The notes under the pieces: model-generated
Told to the model about the DNA's origin: nothing
The model's input: the letters and a program-made list of their open reading frames with translations, nothing else
Databases searched by the model: none
Origin: an uncultured delta proteobacterium
Lineage (GTDB): Bacteria > Desulfobacterota > Binatia > UBA9968
Length of the DNA stretch: 50,769 nt
Direction: 5' to 3'
Assembly: GCA_963840855.1 (NCBI GenBank)
Contig: CAWJBB010000076.1
Location: 1 to 50,769 of the forward strand
Shown here: in pieces, positions 9,463-18,474 of the stretch
Layout: each line of letters begins with the position of its first letter
Numbering within the stretch: position 1 is the stretch's first letter
Made by a program: the position numbers and the translations under genes

Positions 9463-10428
9463 GTGCTCGTCAACTGTGTCGCCTATAAAGATGGCCGCAA
9501 GCTCGCTGACATTTCGATTAACGAGATTCACCTCTTTGTCAACGAACATGACTGCTTTGTTTGGGTTGCCCTCCAGGATCCTGAACCGGCTGAGATCGAG
9601 GTGATGCAGCGCGAGTTCGGGTTGCACGAGCTGGCTGTAGAGGACACGCAGCACGGTCATCAGCGCCCTAAAGTAGAGGAGTACGGCGATTCGCTGTTCG
9701 TCGTACTTCATATGATCGAAGCGGAAGGCGAAGAGCTTGCCGTCGGCGAAGTCAATATTTTCGTCGGCGCCAACTATGTATTATCGGTGCGCCGCCGGGC
9801 GCGCCACGGCTTTACCGATGTGCGCGCGCGGTGCGAACGCGAACCGGAGCTCTTGCGCCACGGCGCGGGCTATGTGCTCTACGCCTTGATGGACGCGGTG
9901 GTGGATCGTTACTTTCCCATTCTCGATGGGCTTGAAACCGAATTGGAAGACATCGAAGAACGGATGTTCGCCAACCAGGCGACGCGCGCCAATATCGAGG
10001 CGCTTTACCAGCTCAAGCACAAACTTATGGTGCTCAAGCATGCCACCGAGCCGCTTATCGAAGCAATGGGACGGCTCCATGGCGGCCGCGTCGTGCCGCT
10101 GTGCGTCAGTCTGCAAGAATATTTCCGCGATGTCCACGATCATCTGGTCCGGCTCAATCAGTCCATTGACAGTCTACGGGAAATGCTTACGACGGCGACT
10201 TCGGTGAATTTATCTTTGATTACGATCCAGGAAAACGAGGTCGTCAAACGACTCGCGGCCTACGCCGCGCTTGTCGCTGTGCCGACGATGATCGCCGGAA
10301 TTTACGGCATGAACTTCCAGCATATGCCGGAGTTAAACTGGATCTACGGCTATCCTCTGGCTGTAATCTCAATGGCCGCCATCGACATTTATCTTTTCTA
10401 CCGTTTTCGCAAGGCGAAGTGGCTGTAG
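9463..10428 (+). CDS. corA: Magnesium/cobalt transporter CorA
   Basis: FGLHELAVED, HQRPKVEEY and GIYGMNF signature; two C-terminal TM helices; GTG start after GGAG. Confidence 0.93.
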   Translation: MLVNCVAYKDGRKLADISINEIHLFVNEHDCFVWVALQDPEPAEIEVMQREFGLHELAVEDTQHGHQRPKVEEYGDSLFVVLHMIEAEGEELAVGEVNIFVGANYVLSVRRRARHGFTDVRARCEREPELLRHGAGYVLYALMDAVVDRYFPILDGLETELEDIEERMFANQATRANIEALYQLKHKLMVLKHATEPLIEAMGRLHGGRVVPLCVSLQEYFRDVHDHLVRLNQSIDSLREMLTTATSVNLSLITIQENEVVKRLAAYAALVAVPTMIAGIYGMNFQHMPELNWIYGYPLAVISMAAIDIYLFYRFRKAKWL

Positions 10429-10459
10429 CGCTGGCGATGATTCCGGCATTAGGCTCTTG

Positions 10460-10751
10460 CTAACCTATCTTCGACCAGTTGGCCAAAGTTACGATCAGGC
10501 CCACCGCGCTTAGCCCGGCCATTATCAGATACATCCAAGTGAATCCGAAAAGATCCACGGCGCCGCCGGCGAGCAATCCGCCGACGCCGTAACTTAGCGG
10601 GTAGAGCCATGGCACGGCCCCGCCGTTCCATGGGCGCTTTTTCCATGGCCAGGGCGAGAATACGCGAAGTGCTGCCCGTAGCCGAAAAACTGGACGGCGC
10701 AGAGCAGACAAACGTGCGGCTGCAGATGGAATCGGAATTGGAATTTACCAC
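10460..10751 (-). pseudogene. Internally deleted, frameshifted MFS paralog remnant
   Basis: SDSICSRTFV/LCAVQFFGYGQH matches the N-terminus of the neighbouring MFS (SDSIWTRAFVLLCIVQFLGYAQH); it joins directly to LALAMEKAPMERRGRAMA/YPLSYGVGG, which matches its C-terminus. Confidence 0.75.
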
Positions 10752-10771
10752 CCTTTATTCTCCTTCGCCGA

Positions 10772-10890
10772 ATACCTCGCAGCTTGCTGCGAGGATGAAG
10801 GTGAGGAGAACCCTCCGTAGCCTTGGCGAAGGAGGGTTGAAGGGCTTCGAAGAATTTCGCAAAGATACCTCGGAGCTTTGCTCCGAGGAG
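10772..10890. repeat. Cluster of three short palindromes (REP-like)
   Basis: CCTCGCAGC-TT-GCTGCGAGG (10775-10794), CCCTCCGTAGCCTTGGCGAAGGAGGG (10811-10836), CCTCGGAGC-TTT-GCTCCGAGG (10868-10888). Confidence 0.8.
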
Positions 10891-10892
10891 CT

Positions 10893-12071
10893 TCATTTCA
10901 ACTTTCCGCGCCGCGTTAGAGCAAACAACAACCCGGCGGCTTGCAGCGCTGCCAGAGCGAGAAACATGGTCGCGTAACCTGCGGCTTCGACCATGGCGCC
11001 GATGAAAATCGAGCCGACGCCATAGGCGAGTGGATAGGAGAGAGAAAAAGTCGCCATGGCTTTGCCGCGCCGGTGCGGATCCGCGCGCTCCATGGCAAGG
11101 GCCAAGGTGGCCGAGCTGCCGATGGCGTTGCCGAGCATGTACAGCGCGCCGGACATCATGATGCCTGCCAAAGCTGTGACCATGACCACCAGCACCAGGG
11201 CGCACATTTGCAGCGCAAAGCCCAAGGCCACACAAACGCCGCGGCCGATGCGGTCCGAGGCGCCGCCCAGCAATGGCCGGGCGAGCAAGCTGGTAGCGCC
11301 GCTTACGACGAAATAAGCGCCGAGGTTTTCGATACCGATCGTGCCGGCATAAAGGACGATAAAGTTTATCACTGCGGGCCAAGTGATGTTGAGCCAAAAG
11401 AGCAGCCCCGATGGCAGCAGGATCTCCGGCTCGACAAAGCGGAAAAGTTCGCGCCACCATTTGGTGTCGTCCCGGGAACGGCGATGGGCAACCGGCGGCG
11501 TCTGCCGGGCCACGGCCCAGCCTGCTAATGCTCCCGCGAACGAGAAGAGCGCCGTCGCCGTGAACACCAAGCCGAATCCGCCCCAGCTTGCCGCGACCAG
11601 CCAAAGCGCGAGGGCTGGAAAAAAAATGTTGGAAGCACTCTGTACACCGCTGTAATAACCCGACGCTTCACCGCGTCGCGTTTCCGGTGACGTTCGGGCG
11701 AGCAGAGAATACCCGCCGGTGTTGAGCGCTGCCCAGCCAATGCCGCGTAGCCCGTTGGCGAGCATTGCGGCCTCGGCCAGCGGAATCAAGCAAAAAAAGA
11801 TGGTGACGCCTTGAAAGAGCAGCCCGGAGATCATTACGCCGGTTTCGCTCCAGCGGTCGGCCCAGTGGCCGACCGCTGGGCGAATCAAGACGCTGGTGGC
11901 GGCGAAACAGAAAAGCACCACGCCGACGATGAACGGCGAGCCGCCGAGTTGGGTCACGTAAAGCGGCAGAGCAGGCGACAACATGGCATGTTGCGCGTAG
12001 CCGAGGAACTGCACAATGCAGAGCAGCACGAAGGCGCGCGTCCAGATGGAGTCGGATTTTGTCGCTGTCAT
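10893..12071 (-). CDS. MFS transporter
   Basis: About 12 hydrophobic segments; GHWADRWS and GGASDRIGR motif-A loops; PETRRGEASG. Confidence 0.9.
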   Translation of the reverse strand: MTATKSDSIWTRAFVLLCIVQFLGYAQHAMLSPALPLYVTQLGGSPFIVGVVLFCFAATSVLIRPAVGHWADRWSETGVMISGLLFQGVTIFFCLIPLAEAAMLANGLRGIGWAALNTGGYSLLARTSPETRRGEASGYYSGVQSASNIFFPALALWLVAASWGGFGLVFTATALFSFAGALAGWAVARQTPPVAHRRSRDDTKWWRELFRFVEPEILLPSGLLFWLNITWPAVINFIVLYAGTIGIENLGAYFVVSGATSLLARPLLGGASDRIGRGVCVALGFALQMCALVLVVMVTALAGIMMSGALYMLGNAIGSSATLALAMERADPHRRGKAMATFSLSYPLAYGVGSIFIGAMVEAAGYATMFLALAALQAAGLLFALTRRGKLK

Positions 12072-12157
12072 GCGTTTGGAGATTGGCAAGCGGATTGAAC
12101 CGGCGCGGATCTTATGGTCACTAACCCGCGCTGCAATGAATAGCAAGGCTTGGTAGT

Positions 12158-12197
12158 GGAGTTTAAAGTTCCAGGTTCAGAGCTCAATGTCCGGAGT
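12158..12197. repeat. Solo left arm of the GTTCAAN heptamer family
   Basis: GGAGTTTAAAGTTCCAGGTTCAGAGCTCAATGTCCGGAGT. Confidence 0.6.
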
Positions 12198-12231
12198 AAA
12201 AAAAGGCCCGGTCTCTTGCGAGCCGGGCCTT
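12198..12231 (-). terminator. Rho-independent terminator after the cytochrome c gene
   Basis: Minus strand AAGGCCCGGCTC-GCAA-GAGACCGGGCC followed by T7. Confidence 0.85.
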
Positions 12232-12270
12232 CGAACGCGGAACAAACCGGTTGCGATCAAACTTCAGCGC

Positions 12271-12861
12271 CTACCTGAGCGAGGAGTAATACGCGGCCAG
12301 GGCGGCGAGATCGGCTCCGCTGAGCGGTTTCAGCATCGCTTTCTTTGCTTCATCGACCGCGGTGTCGTCTAACTTGCGTTTGTTATCTTTGAGAATCGCA
12401 AGCTGGATCTGGAGGTAGCCGCCGGGCTGTCCTTGAATCGCCGGGACGGCGCGAAAGGCATCGCCTTCGCCCTTCGACCCATGGCAAGCCGCGCACTGTG
12501 CGGCGAGCGCCGCGCCGCGCTTGACGGCGTCGGGGTCCGGCTTAGTCCTGGGCGGTTGCTTCTGTTGCACGGCGAAATAATCAGCGACCTCATCGAGACC
12601 AACTTGCAGCACGTATTTCGAGTACGGCTCCATTTCCGGTGACGGCCGTTTCCCCTCGGCGTAGTCTTTGATCGCCTTCTTGAAATAGCTGGGCGGCATG
12701 CCCGCGATGATCGGTATGGTATTCCCCGGACTGTTGCCCGCGAACCCGTGGCAGGCGCTGCAGACCATGGACTTCTGCGCGCCTGGAGAGTCCAGCGGGC
12801 CGGCAGCGGCGTCGAAAGTCGCAAATATGAGAGCGAGTGTAACAAGTAGATAAGTCAGCAT
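12271..12861 (-). CDS. fccA: Diheme cytochrome c (c4-like), probable cytochrome subunit of flavocytochrome c sulfide dehydrogenase
   Basis: Signal peptide; CSACH and CAACH haem motifs with downstream Met residues; directly follows the flavoprotein gene. Confidence 0.8.
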   Translation of the reverse strand: MLTYLLVTLALIFATFDAAAGPLDSPGAQKSMVCSACHGFAGNSPGNTIPIIAGMPPSYFKKAIKDYAEGKRPSPEMEPYSKYVLQVGLDEVADYFAVQQKQPPRTKPDPDAVKRGAALAAQCAACHGSKGEGDAFRAVPAIQGQPGGYLQIQLAILKDNKRKLDDTAVDEAKKAMLKPLSGADLAALAAYYSSLR

Positions 12862-12874
12862 GAATCCATCCTTT

Positions 12875-14119
12875 CTAACCCAAGACGTCATTCCAGATAC
12901 TGGTGCGCCAAACGAGCGAATTCTGGGCGGTGATTACGCTCTTGCCCGGCGTGAGCTTCTGTTCGATCTGCACGACTTTGCCGTTTTCGATCTTGTAGGC
13001 GTTCACCACCGCGATGGCTTCCCTGTCGTTGACCCAGCTGTAGCAGGTATTGCCCGGCGGGATTTGCGGCGGTTCTTTGCCGTTGAGGAGGCTCACCACC
13101 GCCGTGGCGCAGACCTTGCCCATGGCATTGGCCACGTTGCCGGACTTCGGCACCGGTAAGCCAATCGTGGAGTCGCCGACGACGTGAATGTTTTTGTGTT
13201 TCACCGATTCGTAAGTGACGTGATCGACTTCGCACCAGCGCTTGTCTCCGCCGACGAGGTCCGCCTCAACGGCGATGGCGCCGGCGCGCTGCGGCGGGAT
13301 GAGATTGATCACGTCGTACTTGACCTTGTCGCCGGCGTCGGTCGTAATTTCCTTTCCACTCACGTCGATCTTCTCGGCTTTCTGCGCAGGGCGGTAGTCG
13401 AGATTGGGATAGTCTTTGAATACCGCCTTGAACAGGCCCGTTTTCGACACGATATCCTTGTTGGCATCGAGGACGATCAGCTTCGCCTTCGGCTTTTTCG
13501 TCTGCAAATACCAGGCAATCATGCTGGCGCGTTCGTAGGGGCCCGGCGGGCAGCGGTATGCAACCGGCGGCACGGTCATGACCACCACGCCGCCATCGGC
13601 CATGGACTGAATTTGCTTGGCAAGCTGGACGGTTTGCGGCCCGGCTTTCCAGGCATGGAGCACAGTATCTTTCGCTTGGACCAACCCGTCGACTTGTTCC
13701 CACTGAAAATCGATGCCCGGCGACACGATCAAGCGGTCGTATTCGAGGGAGTCCTTGCCGACACGCACGCGCCTCTTGTCGGCATCGATGGCGGCAGCGG
13801 CTTCGTGGCGAATTTTGACGCCGTACTTTTTCAGCCCGTTGTAATTCATGGTCAAAGTCTTCAGCGACTCGACCCCGGCCAAAACGAGATTGCTGAACGG
13901 ACAAGAAACAAATTCCTTGTTCGGCTCAAGCAGTGTCAGTTCTATGGAAGGATCGGTGAGCCTGATGTACTTCGCCGCCGTCGCTCCGCCCCAACCACCG
14001 CCGATGACGATCACGCGGCGCTTGGCTTCGGCGGCGAAGCTGGGAAAGTTGCCGATACCCAGCGTGGCGACGCTGAGCCCTGAAACTTTGAGAAATTTTC
14101 TGCGGCTTATGTCATTCAT
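12875..14119 (-). CDS. fccB: Flavocytochrome c sulfide dehydrogenase flavoprotein subunit (FccB/SoxF)
   Basis: Tat signal SRRKFLK; VIGGGWGG; CPFSN; RCPPGPYERA; PKSG; NTCYS, i.e. the Cys positions expected for this family. Confidence 0.92.
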   Translation of the reverse strand: MNDISRRKFLKVSGLSVATLGIGNFPSFAAEAKRRVIVIGGGWGGATAAKYIRLTDPSIELTLLEPNKEFVSCPFSNLVLAGVESLKTLTMNYNGLKKYGVKIRHEAAAAIDADKRRVRVGKDSLEYDRLIVSPGIDFQWEQVDGLVQAKDTVLHAWKAGPQTVQLAKQIQSMADGGVVVMTVPPVAYRCPPGPYERASMIAWYLQTKKPKAKLIVLDANKDIVSKTGLFKAVFKDYPNLDYRPAQKAEKIDVSGKEITTDAGDKVKYDVINLIPPQRAGAIAVEADLVGGDKRWCEVDHVTYESVKHKNIHVVGDSTIGLPVPKSGNVANAMGKVCATAVVSLLNGKEPPQIPPGNTCYSWVNDREAIAVVNAYKIENGKVVQIEQKLTPGKSVITAQNSLVWRTSIWNDVLG

Positions 14120-16470
14120 GACTTGTTCCTTTCGTTTGGCTCTGAGCTTCCTAGAATAGCTGGCGAAAAAGCGCGTCTAACCAGATTGAGTGCCGAACCC
14201 GCGCGAAACCATTCAAGTTGCGCCGCGCTGAACGAGTGATCGAGCCACAGTGTTTCGGCTGTGCGATTCGGAGTCTTCACAACACACTTAACCGGCTTAC
14301 CGGGGGCCATATCCGCCAAGCCAACCAGACTGATACGGCTATCCTCGTGAATCTGTTCGTAGGCCGCCGGGTCGCAAAATTTCAGGGCCAAGAGTCCCTG
14401 TTTTTTCAAGTTCGACTCGTGGATGCGCGCGAAGCTGCGGGCGATGATCGCAGCGCCACCGAGTAGTCTCGGCGAGAGCGCCGCGTGTTCGCGGCTGCTG
14501 CCTTCCCCGTAGTTATGGTCACCGATGACGACCCATTTGATGCCTTGCGCCCTGTAGTACCTAGCGATTTTAGAGAATGCAAGTGTTTTTTCGCCCGTCA
14601 CGACGTTCTTCCCTTTGCCGGTATCACCGGTGAAAGCGTTGGCCGCGCCCATAAACAGATTGTCGCTGAATTTGTCCAGGTGGCCGCGCAAGCTCAGCCA
14701 CGGGCCGGCGGGGGAAATGTGGTCCGTGGTAGTCTTGCCCCGAGTCTTGATGAGAACCGGCAGATCGACAAAGTCCTTGCCGTCCCACGCCGGCCAAGGC
14801 TTCAGAACTTGCAGCCTTTCACTGCGTGGAGAGATCTCTACTTTTGTGTTCATGCTGTCTTCAGGAGGAGCGACATACAAACTGCGACCACGTTCAAAGC
14901 GCTTTTTGGGCACCTCGGGTGCTCGCTTGGGAGCCTTTAGCCGGAAGGACTTGCCGCCGGCGCCCTTGAGTGAATCGGTCAGCGGATTGAACGACAATTT
15001 TCCAGCCAAGGCGAAAGCAGTGACGATCTCCGGGCTCGCGATAAAGTTCATCGTCGAAGGGTGGCCGTCGTTTCGGCGCGGAAAGTTGCGGTTGTACGAC
15101 GTTACGATGGTATTAGGCTTGCCCGTCATCTCCTGAGCTCGACGCCATTGACCGATGCATGGGCCGCAGGCGTTGGCTAAGACCACGGCGCCGACGTCAT
15201 TGAGCGACTGCATCTGACCATCGCGCTCAATTGTGGCTCGAACCTGCTCGGATCCTGGCGTGACGAAAAAGGGCACGGCCGCTTTTGCGCCGTGGGTCTT
15301 TGCTTGCTCCGTGATATCCGCCGCGCGGCTCATGTCTTCGTAAGAGGAGTTGGTGCAACTGCCAATCAGCGCAGCGGAAATTTCGTCGCAGAATAAGTTG
15401 CTTGGATCGGCGATTTCACCGGCGAGCTGGGAGATTGGACGGGCGCGATCAGGCGTGTGTGGTCCGACGACATGGGGCTCGAGTTTGGCCAGATCCAGCC
15501 GGATTACGCGGGTGTAGAATTTCTCAGGATCGGCCTCGACTTCCTCGTCAGGCGCGAGCAGGTGGCGATACCTTTGAATGCTGGACACGAAGGCGCCGCG
15601 TCCCGTCGCCTTTAGATATGAAACCATGCGTTCATCGGCGGGAAACATCGAAGTCGTTGCGCCAATCTCCGCTCCCATATTGCAGATTGTGGCTTTGCCG
15701 GTGGCGCTAATGGTTCGGGCTCCCGGGCCGATGTACTCCACGATCGCATTGGTGGCGCCGCTGACGGTCAGCTCGCCGGCCACGTAAAGAATCACATCCT
15801 TTGGCGCGGTCCACCCGTTCAGTCGGCCGGTCAGGTAAACCGCGATGTGATTCGGATAGAGTAGTTCCCACGGCAGGCCGGCGATTACCTCGACGGCGTC
15901 GGCGCCGCCGACTCCGACGGCACATGCCCCAAGTCCGCCCGCGTTAGGCGTGTGCGAGTCAGTGCCAATAATCAACGCGCCGGGGAAGGCGTAATTTTCC
16001 AGCACGACCTGATGGATGATTCCCGCCCCGGGTTGCCAAAAACCTATCCCGTACTTGGCGGCGGCCGAGCGCAGGAAGTCATAAACCTCCCGGTTCTCTT
16101 CGAGGGAGTCGAGGAGATCGGCTTCTCCGGCAAGCCTCGCCTGGATCAAATGGTCGCAGTGAATCGTCGTTGGCACAGCGACTTTGTCGCGGCCGGTTTG
16201 CATGAACTGAAGCATCCCTGTTTGACCCAGCACGTCCTGGAAGACGACCCGATCGGGGCGAAGCGACAAGTAACTTCGGCCTGGTTCGAGCTCCTGGTTT
16301 TCAGAATCCTGGAGATGGCCGAGCAAAACCTTGTCGGCTAACGTTAACGGTTTGCGGAGTCGCCGGCGCGCGACCTCAAGATTGTGCGTCATCGTCTGGT
16401 AGATTTTCGCTGCCATCTCGGCAGTTGATTCGACACTAAACATGCTCAGGTATTTCTTGTGTATTCGCAT
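14116..16470 (-). CDS. acnA: Aconitate hydratase, mitochondrial-type AcnA family
   Basis: TIHCDHLI, GTDSHTPN, IGSCTNSSYED, ANACGPCIGQW, TTDHISPAG and GEGSSREHAA motifs; exact start uncertain (16470, 16443 or 16416). Confidence 0.93.
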   Translation of the reverse strand: MRIHKKYLSMFSVESTAEMAAKIYQTMTHNLEVARRRLRKPLTLADKVLLGHLQDSENQELEPGRSYLSLRPDRVVFQDVLGQTGMLQFMQTGRDKVAVPTTIHCDHLIQARLAGEADLLDSLEENREVYDFLRSAAAKYGIGFWQPGAGIIHQVVLENYAFPGALIIGTDSHTPNAGGLGACAVGVGGADAVEVIAGLPWELLYPNHIAVYLTGRLNGWTAPKDVILYVAGELTVSGATNAIVEYIGPGARTISATGKATICNMGAEIGATTSMFPADERMVSYLKATGRGAFVSSIQRYRHLLAPDEEVEADPEKFYTRVIRLDLAKLEPHVVGPHTPDRARPISQLAGEIADPSNLFCDEISAALIGSCTNSSYEDMSRAADITEQAKTHGAKAAVPFFVTPGSEQVRATIERDGQMQSLNDVGAVVLANACGPCIGQWRRAQEMTGKPNTIVTSYNRNFPRRNDGHPSTMNFIASPEIVTAFALAGKLSFNPLTDSLKGAGGKSFRLKAPKRAPEVPKKRFERGRSLYVAPPEDSMNTKVEISPRSERLQVLKPWPAWDGKDFVDLPVLIKTRGKTTTDHISPAGPWLSLRGHLDKFSDNLFMGAANAFTGDTGKGKNVVTGEKTLAFSKIARYYRAQGIKWVVIGDHNYGEGSSREHAALSPRLLGGAAIIARSFARIHESNLKKQGLLALKFCDPAAYEQIHEDSRISLVGLADMAPGKPVKCVVKTPNRTAETLWLDHSFSAAQLEWFRAGSALNLVRRAFSPAILGSSEPNERNKS

Positions 16471-16519
16471 GGATCATCCTTTCTCGCTCAATTTGGCTGA
16501 CTCACGGCACAGTCGCAAT

Positions 16520-16584
16520 GGGACTGCCGTCCCGATCGTGCAAAAATATCTTTGTCAACCGCGGGAAAGTGGGACTACAGTCCC
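16520..16584. promoter_or_regulatory. Two GGGAC-N4-GTCCC palindromes, candidate operators for the adjacent LuxR-type regulator
   Basis: GGGACTGCCGTCCC (16520-16533) and GGGACTACAGTCCC (16571-16584), starts 51 bp apart, upstream of the aconitase. Confidence 0.6.
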
Positions 16585-16594
16585 GGAGGGTGAG

Positions 16595-17668
16595 TCACTC
16601 GGGGTTTTTTCCGAAGCCGGCATCGCGGGCGAGGACGATGGCTTGGGCGCGAGTTTCGACTTTGAGTTTGGCGAAGATGCTGGTGATATGATTGCGCACG
16701 GTTTTCTCGCTTAGAGAAAGTTGCGCGGCGGCTTGGGTGTTGTCCAAGCCGCGTGCTATCAGTTCCATGAGTTCGCGCTCGCGTGGCGTGAGGTCGGCAA
16801 AGGCTGGACCGCCGATGACCTCTTTCGGCAGGAATGCCCGCACTTCGTCAAGCCAGCGTCGCCATGCCGATTCCTGCTCCAGCAAGATTTGATTGCGGCT
16901 GTCGAGCGGAACAAACCTCGCTCCCGGAATCAGACTGGCCATCAACCGGCCCTCATCGAACGGCACCCTTGCGTCCCCGGTTGAGTGCAAGATCAACGTC
17001 GGACAGGAGATCTTATGGGTGAGCGCGGCGACGTCGACTTGATAGAGAATACGGAGAATCCGCGCGGCGTTTTCCGGCGAGGTTGACATACGTTCCAGTT
17101 CGTTGAACCAACGATGCTGCTGGGGTGTGCCGTCGGGGATGAATTGAGTGGTGAAGAGCTGACGGAACGCAGGATTTTCTTTGCCCCAGCCCAGCTCGAT
17201 GAGCCGGGCCATGCTCTCGTCCAGTTCGCGCTGCTGCTGCGTGGTTTTTCGCTTCAAACGGCCGCGCGCGAAACCGCCGTGCAGGATCAAGTGACTGACC
17301 CGCTCCGGATGGCGCGCGGCGTAAGCGATGGCGACCGCTGCGCCGCCTAACATTCCGAGGAGTGGAAAACGTTTGACGCCGACCGCGTCCACCACGGCTT
17401 CCAGATCGCCCACCCAGGCGTCGAACGACTGTTTTGAAACATCCCAATCCGAGAGCCCGCAGCCGCGAACGTCGTAGCGGATAAACATGTGGTCGCGGGA
17501 AAGCTCAGTGAGCCAGCTGCGCCATACCGGGCTGTTCCAATCGAACTCTAGATGGGTGAGCCAGTTGGCGGCTTTGACGAGTGGTGGCCCATGCCCCGAT
17601 GTCGCGTAGGCGATACGCACCCCGTCGGCGGTTTTGCAGAAACGAATACGTTGATTGGAGCTTGTCAT
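16595..17668 (-). CDS. Alpha/beta-hydrolase fold fused to a LuxR-type HTH transcriptional regulator
   Basis: DGVRIAYA, NWLTHLEFDW and RYDVRGCGLSD motifs; C-terminal LTPRERE..LIARG...LSEKTVRNHITSIFAKL; start 17668 or TTG 17704. Confidence 0.9.
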   Translation of the reverse strand: MTSSNQRIRFCKTADGVRIAYATSGHGPPLVKAANWLTHLEFDWNSPVWRSWLTELSRDHMFIRYDVRGCGLSDWDVSKQSFDAWVGDLEAVVDAVGVKRFPLLGMLGGAAVAIAYAARHPERVSHLILHGGFARGRLKRKTTQQQRELDESMARLIELGWGKENPAFRQLFTTQFIPDGTPQQHRWFNELERMSTSPENAARILRILYQVDVAALTHKISCPTLILHSTGDARVPFDEGRLMASLIPGARFVPLDSRNQILLEQESAWRRWLDEVRAFLPKEVIGGPAFADLTPRERELMELIARGLDNTQAAAQLSLSEKTVRNHITSIFAKLKVETRAQAIVLARDAGFGKNPE

Positions 17669-17839
17669 CGGCAAGGGCTCCGACGAGATCGGATTAGATC
17701 GCAAAGCCTGGTTGCGGTCAACTTGCGCGACGAAGGCCGCAATTAATGCGCTTGAGAGAAATTTGACACTGATCCTCTACCAAGAAAACGGACGGGTTGA
17801 TTGACTGCGCCGAATTTATTAGATTTGTTGACAGCGTTT

Positions 17840-18379
17840 ATGGATTTCACTGAACTTTTCAAAGATGACGTCCGTATCGGCAGAAGAACATTTTTGCGGG
17901 TGATAACCGCGGTGCTCGCGTTCGTTGGCACCGCGAAGGATATTCTCTTCACCGCGAGAGCCGACGCGCAAAGCGTTGCTACGGGGCTGCCGTTGCCCGA
18001 CGAATTGATCGAAGCGACAATGAAGCGGTTGTTCGGCAACCGGACTCTCCAACCCGGTGCCGGCAAGATCAAGTTAGACCTGCCGCTCATCGCCGAAGAC
18101 GGCGGAAACGTCGCCGTGACTATCGAAAGCGACCTGCCCTTGGGTGGCGCGACGCACCTTAACCACATCTACATAATCTCAGACAAAAACCGCCGCCCCA
18201 TGCTGGCCAAGTTTACTTTCACGCCTGAGTCGGGCAAGGCTTTTGTTTCCACGAGCGTCCGTTTGGCGACAAGCACCGACGTGCGGGCGATTGCGGAGAT
18301 GAGCGATGGGACGCTTTATGCCGCCAGCAAGAACGTGCGGGTGACGATCAGCGGCTGCGATGTGCCGCCGCAAGGCTAA
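17840..18379 (+). CDS. soxY: SoxY-like sulfur carrier protein with an atypical C-terminus
   Basis: Tat-like GRRTFLR; PLIAEDGGNVAV, DKNRRP, VRLATSTDVRAIAE and VRVTISGC motifs; precedes soxZ. Confidence 0.85.
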   Translation: MDFTELFKDDVRIGRRTFLRVITAVLAFVGTAKDILFTARADAQSVATGLPLPDELIEATMKRLFGNRTLQPGAGKIKLDLPLIAEDGGNVAVTIESDLPLGGATHLNHIYIISDKNRRPMLAKFTFTPESGKAFVSTSVRLATSTDVRAIAEMSDGTLYAASKNVRVTISGCDVPPQG

Positions 18380-18390
18380 ATATGCTCGGC

Positions 18391-18435
18391 AGTTCAAATC
18401 GTTCAAGACGTTCAAGCGGTTCAAGTCGTTTAACC
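18391..18435. repeat. 9-mer array (GTTCAANNN) between soxY and soxZ
   Basis: GTTCAAATC GTTCAAGAC GTTCAAGCG GTTCAAGTC GTTTAACCC. Confidence 0.8.
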
Positions 18436-18474
18436 CTAAAACGGCGATCGGATGTTATTTGACGGGTTGAGGAT

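Noticed and set aside
10594-11604. 336-aa alternative-frame ORF overlapping the MFS gene
   Set aside because: Shadow frame of the MFS that runs through the palindrome cluster; only its last part has MFS-remnant similarity.
13184-14083. Long antisense ORFs (also 24304-25080, 19996-20712, 46350-47129 and others)
   Set aside because: They lie opposite well-supported genes, have no recognisable motifs, and are expected in GC-rich coding DNA.
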